A DNA stretch of 63,675 nt, filler included, from Octopus bimaculoides (taxonomy: Eukaryota), in NCBI RefSeq assembly GCF_001194135.2. It is 6 parts of 5 records of this genome, joined end to end, with 100 filler letters (N's around TTAATTAATTAA, not from the genome) between each part and the next. Parts side by side here need not be neighbours in the genome. Positions count along the whole stretch, not along the records: positions 20,342 to 43,535 come from NC_068981.1; positions 43,636 to 56,747 come from NC_068997.1; 4 more parts are not named here. One strand, written 5' to 3'. Position 1 is the stretch's first letter. Each line of letters begins with the position of its first letter. The notes under the pieces are model-generated. The model made no database searches and was not told the origin of the DNA. It was given only the letters and a program-made list of their open reading frames with translations. Shown here one piece after another: positions 35,331-47,250 of the stretch. The position numbers were made by a program, and so were the translations under genes.

Positions 35331-36962
35331 TAAAATGCAGGTCTAAAAGATACCTAATCGTTGAAATATCAACGAAGATTGTTTTGCTTGTATTAGTTGT
35401 TGAGCCCTGCGCTTCCCTGGTAGACTGCTATAAGTATAACACGAAAATAAACATACAAACTTTAGACTATTTCGGTTGAAACAGCAGCCGAATTTCCTTC
35501 CAACACCCTACTATCTTGAATAAAGAAAGGACTCATCAGGTTACGTAGTCGTATACAAATCCTTAAAAAGAAGTGATGGCCATGACTGAAACGCCTTTGA
35601 CCACACGTACGCTCAATCATAGTTGGCCGTGGGTTAATCAATAACAACAGTATCTCATAAAAACTAAATTCCAAGTATCTGGTAGCTGAGCAAAATGGTA
35701 AAACCTACAAACCATCCTATACACTCTCACATTCTTTGAAAGATTCATTGTTAACATTATTAATCCACACATTCCTTTCACCACAGTCAGACAGTCAGAT
35801 CATTACATGGAATAATGTAATCATAAACATACATTCTGGAAAAAAGACGAGATAGTCACGACTGCAATGTTTTTGATCACAGTTACTGTTTGATCACGTC
35901 TGACTTGAAGATAAACAGCAATAACTAAACAGTGGCACTAACAACCACATCATTTTAAACCGATTCTATATCTTAGGTTTGAAAACGTTATTATTACGGT
36001 ACTAGGTAGGTTCTCACTAATAATTAAAATGACACTACTTCAGTAAAAAATAGAATTATCTAATTTTTTGTCCTTTTTCGCGATAAATAAAAGAATTTAC
36101 ATTAGAAGTTTTACCATCTGCATTCTGTAGACATTGGGAAAATTCTTACGATTATTTCGCGTAAGCTTAGTTAAAGTTCATCTTGTGATGTTTTCATGTG
36201 ACAAAATGCTGACAATACAAGTTTAGCGACGACATCAATTTCAATGTTTTTTAAACATTTTTTAAAGTGTAACAACAAAAGCATTTCTTTTTCTCTTTTT
36301 TTTCTTTTTGGTAGAAAGCAATTCCAAGTTTTTCTACTTGACCAAAAATAGTTAATATTGTTCCTCACACTAACACATATGTGTGTGTGCGTTTGTGTGG
36401 ACACACATATATGCACACACACACACACATACAAATATACACACATATATATATGTATGTATATATCTATATATATGTATATGTATTTTTGTATGTATAT
36501 ATGCATATACATACATACATACATACACATATATGTATGTATACGTACATTATGTGTGTGTGTGTGTGTGTTATGTCATATGAATTTAGAAATTTCAAGA
36601 AACGTGAATGCATGTTTAGCGGTTGAACTCGAAGTTGATAAAACTATAAATGACAGCGTGTAAAATGCTAACCCAAGATTTACACGCTATTATATATATN
36701 NNNNNNNNNNNNNNNNNNNNNNNNNNNNNNNNNNNNNNNNNNNNNNNNNNNNNNNNNNNNNNNNNNNNNTATATATATATATATATATACATATATATAT
36801 GGTTCTTGGAAAAGGTCATATATATATATATATATATATTTATACCAGTAGGGCTCGGTCAATGGCCGAGTGCGTTTAGAACAGTTCTGTCAGTTTGCGC
36901 ACGTGTCATGTTGGCCAGACTGGTAACGCTATTGTGCCTATTTAATATATGTATCTAGGGAA

Positions 36963-37180
36963 CGCGGTGAGCTGGCAGAAAGGTTAGCACGCCGGCCGAA
37001 ATGCTTAGCGGTATTTCGTCTGTCTTTACGTTCTGAGTTCAAATTCCGCCGAGGTCGACTTTGCTTTATATCCTTTCGGGGTCGATAAATTAAGTACCTG
37101 TTGCGTACTGGAGTCGATCTAATCGACTGCCCACCCACCAAAAAATTTCGGGCCTTGTGCCTAGAGCAGAGTAGAATAGA
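36963..37180 (+). mobile_element. SINE family C, full length
   Basis: gcggtgagctggcagaaaggttagcacg...ttctgagttcaaattccgccgaggtcgactttgc...gggccttgtgcctagag + agtagaatagaat tail. Confidence 0.92.
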
Positions 37181-37192
37181 ATATATATATAC

Positions 37193-37228
<36 letters not shown>

Positions 37229-37654
37229 CTGGGAGTGGCATTGATTCCAGCCTATTCCGGAAGGCTGAAAGTTCTCTGTAATAGGCTGTACAGTTTACGT
37301 TTGTCGACGCTCAGAATCTCTCAGAGAACATCGTCGCTCATACCTGTCTTCTGTAGAATACAAGTGTTGTCGTACCACTGGCGATATTGCTGTTCGACTG
37401 AGTGGGAACTTTACAACAGAAATAACAAAATTCCTTGGCGTAAGTAGAGAATATATCTGCATATCAACTTCTCCATCTCTTTCTTGATATAGCAATAATA
37501 GAATGAAAACAAAAGTTCTAACATACTTTAGAGAAAACAAATATTAAAGCAAATCAAATAACAGCTACTTCAAGCCATGCCAATTCGCTATAAATCGAGC
37601 AGTTACAAAGATTTTTAACGTAGGAACAAAGCCTCAAATTGTAATATCGACTTC

Positions 37655-38400
37655 AAATGTTGGCATAAGGTCAGCAATTTCAAGGGGGGGGGATGAGTAA
37701 GTCGATTCCATCGACCCCAGTGTTCAACTGGTACTTATTTTATCGATTCTGAGAGGATGAAAGACAAGGTCGACCTCAGCGGAATTGGAACTCAGAACGT
37801 GGAGATGGACGAAATGCCGCCTTGCTTCAAATTATAATATCAATCTCAGTATTTGACTCTAACTTATTTTATGACAAAGAAAGGAGAAGTCGACCACAGT
37901 GAGAATTGAGCTCAAAACATAGAGACAGCATTAAATGTAGAAAGACTTTTTTTTTTTTGCAGAGGTCTACATATTTTGTCTTCCAATGCTTTAATAATGG
38001 TTTCACATTTTGGCACAAAGCCAACAATTTTCAGGGAGGGGAAGTCGATTTCATCGACCCCAGTACTTATTCTATCGACTCTGAAAGGATGAAAAGCAAA
38101 GTCGACCTCGGTAGAATTTGAACACAGACCGTAGAGACGGACGAAATGCCGCTAAGCATTTTGTCCGGTGTGTTAACGATTCTGCCAGCTCGCTGGTTTT
38201 GGTACAAGGTCAACAATTTTCAAGGAAGTGAGTAAATCGATGCCATTGACTCCAGTACTTGACTGGTACTATATTTTATCGACTTGGAAATGATAAAAGG
38301 CAAAATCGACTTCGGTAGGATTTGAACTAGGAATCTCAAGAGTCAGGACAAATACCGCAAGACAATTTTTTTCGACGCTCTACCGATTCTGCTATCCACT
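37655..38400 (-). mobile_element. Cluster of at least three minus-strand SINE family C copies
   Basis: Repeated gtcgatt.catcgaccccagt...ttatcga...aaggatgaaag.caa.gtcgacctc.g blocks at ~37700, ~38045 and ~38235, plus a partial at ~37880. Confidence 0.88.
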
Positions 38401-39159
38401 TCCCGAACAAATAAATGCTGCTATTTGCTACTCCAGATTTTGAAAGGCAATTTTTTAAGAGAAAGATTTTATCGAGTACAATGGTATTGATCTGTCAATC
38501 AAGGATAATTAAATTCATTTTCAGTGACAATATCATTCAGAACAAGGAATACTGGAGTAAATACTCCCTATCCATTAAACTCCAAAGATTTATTGTGAAA
38601 TAAGAAATAAGACTGTGCGATGATCATGCCTTTCTCAAAGATATTAGAGACGTATATAACGAGAAACGTCTGCATTTGCCACTACTTCCTAATACTACTC
38701 GCTTTTCTCATAAGATCTCATTTATAAGCACAAGTGCAATTATTCTTCATGAGAGAGACCATATTTCAGTCTATAACTTGTTCTTATTTTATTTGCACAG
38801 GAGGGATTTTAATTCGAAGGATATAGCTAAATTCTGTGGAACATTTGTTTCGATATTTGCCGACACGTAGAATCTCACAAATAACAACGTCAATCATGGC
38901 CATCCTCGATAGAAATGCGAGTGTTGACGTACCACTGATGATACTGCTTGATATACAGTGATTTACTTTAGTTAAGCACAAGGCTAGTGAGATTAATTCA
39001 ATAGAATCAAAATATCATGTTAATAGTTTCTGATTTTGCCATAAAGACAAATACTTGAAGTAAATTTTATAACCAATAGAACCAATAGAAATTTTATAAC
39101 CAATTTAAATAAATTTTATAACCAATTATATTACACACCAGTGTTATATAATTACACTT

Positions 39160-39325
39160 CTGTCTTTGTGTTCTGAGTTCAAATTCCGCCGATGTCGACT
39201 TTGCTTTCATCCTTTTGGGGTCAATATATTAAGTACCGGTTGCATACTGGGGTTGATCTAATCGACTGGCCCCTCTCCCCAAAAAATTTCGGGCCTTGTG
39301 CCTAGAGTAGAAAAGAAAAAGAAGA
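39160..39325 (+). mobile_element. 5'-truncated SINE family C with perfect 14-bp TSD
   Basis: atataattacactt at 39146-39159 and at 39326-39339. Confidence 0.93.
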
Positions 39326-39933
39326 ATATAATTACACTTATTTGGTCGATTCTAGAGACGTGATAAAAGCATGTTGACATCGTGAGAATACGAACTCAGA
39401 CGTAAGTTATTTATTACATTGACGTCGGAAGAATGTAAAACAATCAGAACAATAACTAAACACTTCTATGGTCGCTCAATCAACCTTCTAAAGTCTAATA
39501 ATTTTTTACACACACACATATATATTTCATTACTTGAGAATGGCAGTTTGTCATATCGCTGAACAAAATAATAATAGATTCAGCAAATGTTCCTCTGGGT
39601 CATATTTATTGGAAAAAAGTTATTGCATTTTATGGACTTTGTAACATTTCCAAACCGCCTCCGGGCAAAAATACCAATAACTTTTATTGATTGAAAACGC
39701 TGCTTGATAAATATATACCGTGTCCGTAAATTCCGCCTAATGAACAATCTCACAAGATATCACGACAGCCGCAGGCTTAAATTATTAGCTCTTATAACAG
39801 TAACTGCAATAATGTAAGAATACCAAATATCTACCGATCTCTGAGTATTTAAAAAAGAAAGGTTACCCCATATTTATGGGGAATTTTTCATCCACTTTCT
39901 TTTTTTTTTTTTTCGTTCTTTATTTCCTGGTAG

Positions 39934-39959
39934 AAGACAAAAATGTCCGAGTGGATGAG
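39934..39959 (+). CDS. Candidate 26-nt internal exon (phase 1 to phase 0, EDKNVRVDE)
   Basis: Long polypyrimidine tract + tag acceptor and GAG|gtagcg donor; phase-compatible with 25984-26005. Alternatively contains aaaATG (MSEWM). Confidence 0.3.
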
Positions 39960-40894
39960 GTAGCGAGCTACTAGTCCATTAATTGTTTGTTCAAATCTGT
40001 TGCAACTGTTCCGCAATACTTAGCATTCTTCAGATACACTGCGATTTGACCACCTCGTTAAAAGGTTAACAATTGACTTATGTGAGAGATAAATATTAAA
40101 TTTTATTCATTTTGTTGCTTAGACCCAGGTCAGCTCTGATTGACTTGACCTATGATTAAAGGTATTCCAGCGGCGGCTATGGTCATTTTCCATAGTGTAT
40201 CTTAAACTGTTTTGTTCAGTGTATCGTTTTCTTTTTTAGGCAGTGAAGGATAATTTGAGGGGTACTTGGCTGCTGTTTCTAGGACTAAGTGGACGTGTAG
40301 AGCAAACACCGTAAAGTAAAAGGTTAAATATGCTGCATCACGTCTCATCATTTTGGTGATTTATTTACTTGAAAATAGAAATCAAAACTTCTCTTTCTCC
40401 TTGACTCGTACATAAGGGCTGTGTACTGTCAGAAGAAATCTGTAATTGTTGTATGCAGTTAGTGAAGTCACTAAATGTAGCGGTATAAATGAAACTGTAA
40501 TCGGTATGAAGTTCGGGTATAAAACCGCGTGTAGCAAGACGAGAAGGCTGCATTGGAAGAAAAGCTGCGTTGAAAGAAATTGACGCAAGAAATAGTTCAT
40601 ACTTATAGATTTTATTCAACCGTACCGAAGTTTATCACAGCTGTGACGAATTGGAAGTAATACAAGTTAGTTTTGTTAGAGAATCTCTTTTAGCTGTAGC
40701 AGAATTATTACTAAGTGAAACAGAAACGTTTTCCATTAATGGCAGTTAATAGACTGTGAATAGCAAAGAAAAGGGGAAAGAGAGGGAGGGAGGGAGAGAG
40801 AGAGAAGAGTTACCTCTTTGAAATCGTTGAGGAATTTTTCTTTTATTTTTGCTTCCAATTTATAGCTGTCCTAAAGCTGTAATTATTTTATCGC

Positions 40895-40995
40895 CCCTAA
40901 AAGGGGTCGATAAAATAAGTACCTGTTGAACATTGGGCTCGATGTAATCGACTTATCCCTCCCATTGAAATTGCTGGCCGTTGCCAAAATTTGAA
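40895..40995 (+). mobile_element. SINE family C 3' fragment
   Basis: ggggtcgataaaataagtacctgttgaacattgggctcgatgtaatcgact...gccaaaatttgaa. Confidence 0.8.
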
Positions 40996-41013
40996 ATTAT
41001 TATTATTATTATT

Positions 41014-41762
41014 TAAGACGTCGCACAGCATCCAATATTGTGATGTTGGTGATTGAAGATATTGTGTCTACCGGGATTTGTACTGTCTGTCAAGTCACAA
41101 CAAGGACCTCAGACAGACAGTACTTTACGCAATATGCGTGCGTGCAGTTCCGAGTATTGCCAATTTTTGCAATACACCTAGATTGTAGGGTATTTCTAAA
41201 GTTTCCAGATGTTTCTTCAGGTTGGGCAGGTGGTACTGACTCTAATGTTCCGATGGCAACAGGGACAACCATTATGTTTGACTCTCGTAGCTGCTACATC
41301 ATGGCAATCTCAATTCACAGGTCTCCATATTTATCAATCTTTTCTCTTTCTTTCAAGATAATATGTTGAGCTCCGGGCACTGCCCGTCGATTATTAGGCA
41401 CTCTTGTTTTTCCCTCTTAAAGGTTACTATGTCCGACCTTCGGTACTCTAACATCTTGTCTGGAAGTCAAATTCCCAGAGGATTTTTGCCTTCCCCTTTT
41501 CGTCCATTACCTTTTCTGGTGTATGTTGGTACCAAGCACCCGTTACCTCGTATCCATACTTCCGGCATAGTAGCCTGTGAATGTTTTGAGCTACCTTGCC
41601 GTGTATGCACTTGTACTCTTTCTGCAAAAAACTTTCACAAGCACTAACAAGTGAGTCACGCTTTCGACCCTCTTCCCACACATTCTTCTGAGGCTCGTTG
41701 CACTTGTATGATATATATCCCTTTTCACTGAGTTGGTATTCAATGCCTGATCCTAGGCAGCG
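41014..41762 (-). mobile_element. R4/Dong-clade LINE 3' fragment (CCHC + restriction-like endonuclease)
   Basis: QDQALNTNSVKRDIYH...MCGKRVESVTH..SAC..LQKEYK..HGKVA.NIH..LCRKYG....WYQHTPEKV...KAKILW.FD.QT...RRSDIV.......CLIID..CP....KEREKIDKY.DL..EIA.M...VVPVAIGTL. Flanked by (TAA)n on both sides. Confidence 0.9.
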
Positions 41763-41775
41763 TATTATTATTATC

Positions 41776-42425
41776 ATTTTGTGTCCAAAAATTCAACGCT
41801 AGTTTTTGAAAAACTGGACGTAAATTTTATGTTGGATTTAAAGTTATAGTTTTTAGCATAACAGTCACAGAAATTCAAGAAGTCAGTTAAACTATCTTGT
41901 GATCCTTCCCAGACAAAACAGATGTCATCAATGGACCGTAACCAGAGTATTGGTTCATGACCATGTAGGGATTTGAATGTCTTCAGTAACTGTGTCTCGA
42001 ATTTCGTCATGAAGACATTAGCGAAATTAACTGCCATGGGGGGACCCATGGCGCAATCCCTCGTATGGTGGTAAAATCTTTGCCCAAACTTCATTGTGTT
42101 ACTTTGTAACACAAACTTCAATAACCTACGGAGAAAATTTGATGGAATACTTTTGTTTGACCGCTTTCGAAGGCATTCAGGCATAGTTCTATCCCCTCCT
42201 TGTGGTCAATATTGGGATATAAGGAAGAAACATCCATGGTTACCAAAAACCAGTTTTCGACATGACTTCGGTGCTTAAAAAAGATGTTGATTTTAGACAC
42301 AAAATCAAAAGAATCCCGAATATAGGAACTTAATCTTTTTGCGACAGGGAGTAAAAAACCATCCAGCCATTCCGAAATCTTGGCTGTACAACATTTATAT
42401 CTGTTGCAAATTGGGCACATTGGAG
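41776..42425 (-). mobile_element. Penelope-like element RT core fragment
   Basis: TAKISEWLDGFLLP...SYIRDSFDF...FLVTMDVSSLYPNIDHKEG...LLKFVLQSN.MKF...Y....CAMGPPMAVNFANVFM..FE...LWLRSIDD...WEG...F.NF...IKFT......EFLDT. Confidence 0.92.
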
Positions 42426-42487
42426 GAAATATTTCGAACTTTTTGTGTATTTTAGGGAGACCATAAATATAGGTTTTAAATACAGTT

Positions 42488-42823
<336 letters not shown>

Positions 42824-43345
42824 AATAACTGTGGATGTTACTGTTACTTTTCTACTATTGAGGTAGAAAGCAAAAGAGAAATAAAAGTTGTCAAGCAGAG
42901 GAGGTATAGTTGAAGTGAGTGGCAAAGCGAGAGAGAGGAGGGATAGAGAGAGAAAGAAAGAGAGAGAAATAGAGAGAGGGAGAGAGAGAGAGAGAGAGGT
43001 GACTGAAAGGAAGGTGGCGTTCGTTTTGTGTTTTTAAATGTTTATCAGTATTTTCAGAGTAGACAGATACATAACCACACCAAATATTAGATGTTACTTT
43101 TACTTTACTACAATATAATTTATTACTGTATTCTATATACTGGGTCCTCAGCCAATATTGGATGTTACTTTTACTTTTCAACACTATAATTGGATGTTAC
43201 TTTTAAAGATGCTTACATTTTTTATATTTCATAGAATTTTCCAGTGTTCTGCGTATACATAATCATTCGATAGTTATTAAATGAAGTCACTATTTACAGA
43301 TGCTTACACTTTTTAATATTTTCCGTGAAGTTTTCACGGATCCAG

Positions 43346-43426
<81 letters not shown>

Positions 43427-43535
43427 TTAACAGAAAAAACTTTCAAAATACAAAGACCTGGAAATAGAGGTAACTCGAATGTGGAATCTAATAACAGAAA
43501 CAATTCCTATCTTAGTAGGTGCCTTAGGTATGATA

Positions 43536-43635
43536 NNNNNNNNNNNNNNNNNNNNNNNNNNNNNNNNNNNNNNNNNNNNTTAATTAATTAANNNNNNNNN
43601 NNNNNNNNNNNNNNNNNNNNNNNNNNNNNNNNNNN
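43536..43635. other. Assembly spacer N44-TTAATTAATTAA-N44
   Basis: 12-mer at 43580-43591. Confidence 0.98.
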
Positions 43636-43644
43636 ACACATGCA

Positions 43645-43785
43645 GTTCGGCCAATCGCGACCGATAGAAAAAGTGTCAGACTCAACCAAAAAAAAGTCCT
43701 CGGGTTGGTTTGTTCGACTAAACCCTTCATGAAAGCGCTCCAGCATGGTCGCAGTCCAATGACTGAAACAAGTCAAGGATAAAAA
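43645..43785 (+). mobile_element. SINE family A-like 3' fragment
   Basis: gttcggc...gaccgataga...gttcgactaaa...gcgctccagcatggtcgcagtccaatgactgaaacaagt. Confidence 0.75.
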
Positions 43786-45627
43786 AAAAAACTCACACAC
43801 GTACACATATGTATATATATATACACACACACGCACATACACATACATACGCATGTATATTCATAAAGAGAGAAACCGAAAGAGAGAGAGAGAGAGAGAG
43901 AGAGAGAAGGAGGGTGGGAGTTAGGAGAATGGAGATAAAACGGAAGGGTAGGAGGGAGAGGATGAAAAAGTGAGGCGTGAATTGTGAGCAGACTTTACAT
44001 AATTGACCTAAAAAATATTATTAACAACTTCCATACTGACAAACAGACTTATACACGTACACACCACAACAGTCATATAGCAAAAAAAACACACTCACGA
44101 ACATGAGAAAACTCTTCTTTACGTGTTTTAAGGTATAATTATTTTAATATTTTTGATTATGATCTTCTATAAACTACTCGAAGTTACATGTTACTGATGT
44201 TTGGTCAAGCAGGGAAGGCGAGACATGGGTTACTGTTATACTATGTATGTGTGCCTTTGTAAATACGTAACTTTGCCTCTCCCAGATGTTGCACCCCGTG
44301 GGGCGGATAGATGGCACGCGGTCTTTTAAAATGTAATTTCAAGCATTAGGAATTACATATTGATTTTTACGGCTTGAAAAAAAAAACCATATTGTGCATA
44401 AGTTTTCATTTATGCAAATATAATTAATATAGCAAAGGTAAGCATTAGTTTTCTCACTTTTTATTCCTCTCCCTCTCCCCCCCCTCTCTCTCTCTCTCTC
44501 NNNNNNNNNNNNNNNNNNNNNNNNNNNNNNNNNNNNNNNNNNNNNNNNNNNNNNNNNNNNNNNNNNNNNNNNNNNNNNNNNNNNNNNNNNNNNNNNNNNN
44601 NNNNNNNNNNNNNNNNNNNNNNNNNNNNNNNNNNNNNNNNNNNNNNNNNNNNNNNNNNNNNNNNNNNNNNNNNNNNNNNNNNNNNNNNNNNNNNNNNNNN
44701 NNNNNNNNNNNNNNNNNNNNNNNNNNNNNNNNNNNNNNNNNNNNNNNNNNNNNNNNNNNNNNNNNNNNNNNNNNNNNNNNNNNNNNNNNNNNNNNNNNNN
44801 NNNNNNNNNNNNNNNNNNNNNNNNNNNNNNNNNNNNNNNNNNNNNNNNNNNNNNNNNNNNNNNNNNNNNNNNNNNNNNNNNNNNNNNNNNNNNNNNNNNN
44901 NNNNNNNNNNNNNNNNNNNNNNNNNNNNNNNNNNNNNNNNNNNNNNNNNNNNNNNNNNNNNNNNNNNNNNNNNNNNNNNNNNNNNNNNNNNNNNNNNNNN
45001 NNNNNNNNNNNNNNNNNNNNNNNNNNNNNNNNNNNNNNNNNNNNNNNNNNNNNNNNNNNNNNNNNNNNNNNNNNNNNNNNNNNNNNNNNNNNNNNNNNNN
45101 NNNNNNNNNNNNNNNNNNNNNNNNNNNNNNNNNNNNNNNNNNNNNNNNNNNNNNNNNNNNNNNNNNNNNNNNNNNNNNNNNNNNNNNNNNNNNNNNNNNN
45201 NNNNNNNNNNNNNTATATATATATATATATATACACACACATATGTATCCATATATGTATGGTGCCCCAGCATGGCCACAGCTCATGAGCTGAAACTAGA
45301 TTAAATGAAAAATGAATGATATACATATATATATATATATATATATACATATATGTTATATATATGTAGTAAATATGTATAAACAAACACACAGATACAC
45401 ACACACACACACACACATCTTTATATTTATATTTATATTGCTGACGTCACAAAAATTTATAAACTTTGTTGAGAAAATGTAATAATTCTATTTCGGATTG
45501 GATCTCGAAGTACATATAACGCTATAAATAATGACCTTCGACATTTACTATGCAAAATCAGTTTTTGAACTCAGATGTTTACATGCTATTATTTATAGTA
45601 TTATATGTACTTCAAATACAATTGAAG

Positions 45628-45682
<55 letters not shown>

Positions 45683-45954
45683 AAATATATACGTTGAAAA
45701 TTCGTAATATTAGTTATAGTGGTTTCCATGCAAAGCGGTTTTAGAAATTTCATCTTAAATGCAATACAAGGTAAATAAATAAATATATAAATAAATAAAT
45801 GAATAAATAGATAAATAAATAAATAATTTTAGAAAATATAAAACTCTGCTGTAAACACAAAGAATGAAATTTGTGATATTCTCTAATCTCATGCATGCTT
45901 AGTCCTTAATATCACATGACTAGTTTCACAACCTTAATAATAAACCTTTATTCT

Positions 45955-46120
45955 TTTATTCTTTTACTTGTTTCAGTCATTTGACTGTGGCCACGCTGGA
46001 GCACCGACCACCTTTAGTCGAAGAAATCGACCCCAGGACTTATTCTTTGCAAGTCTAGTTACGGGGACGTAAAGACACCAATATCGGTTGTCAAGCGATG
46101 GTGGGACGACAGACACAGAC
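45955..46120 (-). mobile_element. SINE family A 3' half with internal deletion
   Basis: cttttacttgtttcagtcatttgactgtggcca...aatcgaccccaggacttattc...agttacggggacgtaaa...acagacacagac. Confidence 0.85.
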
Positions 46121-46147
46121 ACACTGTCTCAAATATATATATATATT

Positions 46148-46376
46148 AGAAAAAATAATAAGGTACTAAAGTACTAAAATATCTGGATGGTTGTACGTTT
46201 ACAGATTTTTATCAATATGTCACATGTGTTTTTTATATAAAATTGCGCTTGCATCTATTCTTGTAGATTCTACAAGAATAGATGCAACCGCTAATTCATA
46301 AAAAACATGTGACTTATTAATAAAAATCTGTAAAAGTACAACCATCCAGATATCTGAGTACCTTATTATTTTTTCT
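46148..46376. mobile_element. Near-perfect ~230-bp palindrome (foldback MITE-like)
   Basis: Arms 46148-46267 and 46269-46376 are reverse complements around a single T (ttcttgtaga-t-tctacaagaa). Termini agaaaaaataataaggtact / agtaccttattattttttct. Confidence 0.85.
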
Positions 46377-47059
46377 GAAATATAATTCCTGTACATCACC
46401 TCCAAACCTTCTAATATATCTATCTATCTATATATATATATATATTTATTCAAAAAAGGTTCATATATTTATAAATATAATTAAGGGATCAGCAAAATAT
46501 TTGCTTCACCATATACCGAAGTTCAGAAAAATAGGTATATGNNNNNNNNNNNNNNNNNNNNNNNNNNNNNNNNNNNNNNNNNNNNNNNNNNNNNNNNNNN
46601 NNNNNNNNNNNNNNNNNNNNNNNNNNNNNNNNNNNNNNNNNNNNNNNNNNNNNNNNNNNNNNNNNNNNNNNNNNNNNNNNNNNNNNNNNNNNNNNNNNNN
46701 NNNNNNNNNNNNNNNNNNNNNNNNNNNNNNNNNNNNNNNNNNNNNNNNNNNNNNNNNNNNNNNNNNNNNNNNNNNNNNNNNNNNNNNNNNNNNNNNNNNN
46801 NNNNNNNNNNNNNNNNNNNNNNNNNNNNNNNNNNNNNNNNNNNNNNNNNNNNNNNNNNNNNNNNNNNNNNNNNNNNNNNNNNNNNNNNNNNNNNNNNNNN
46901 NNNNNNNNNNNNNNNNNNNNNNNNNNNNNNNNNNNNNNNNNNNNNNNNNNNNNNNNNNNNNNNNNNNNNNTGATCGGCCCGAGGCTATAGTAGAAGACAC
47001 TTGCCAGTTAAATGAAACATTTGACGTCTCATAAGCTAGCATTTGTTTACTCGCCTTCT

Positions 47060-47250
47060 AAGGCAGAAACGTTAGTAAGTCGGGCGAAATGCTTAACGGT
47101 ATTTCGTCTCTCTTTACGTTCTGAGTTCAAATTCCGCCGAGGTTGACTTTACCTTTCATCCTTTCGTGGTCGATAAATTAATTACCAGTTGCGTACTGGG
47201 GTCGATCTAATCAACTGGCCTCCTCTCCGCAAAATTTCGAGCCTTGGAGT
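47060..47250 (+). mobile_element. SINE family C
   Basis: ggcagaaacgttag...ttctgagttcaaattccgccgagg...ggggtcgatctaatc...aaaatttcgagccttg. Confidence 0.88.
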
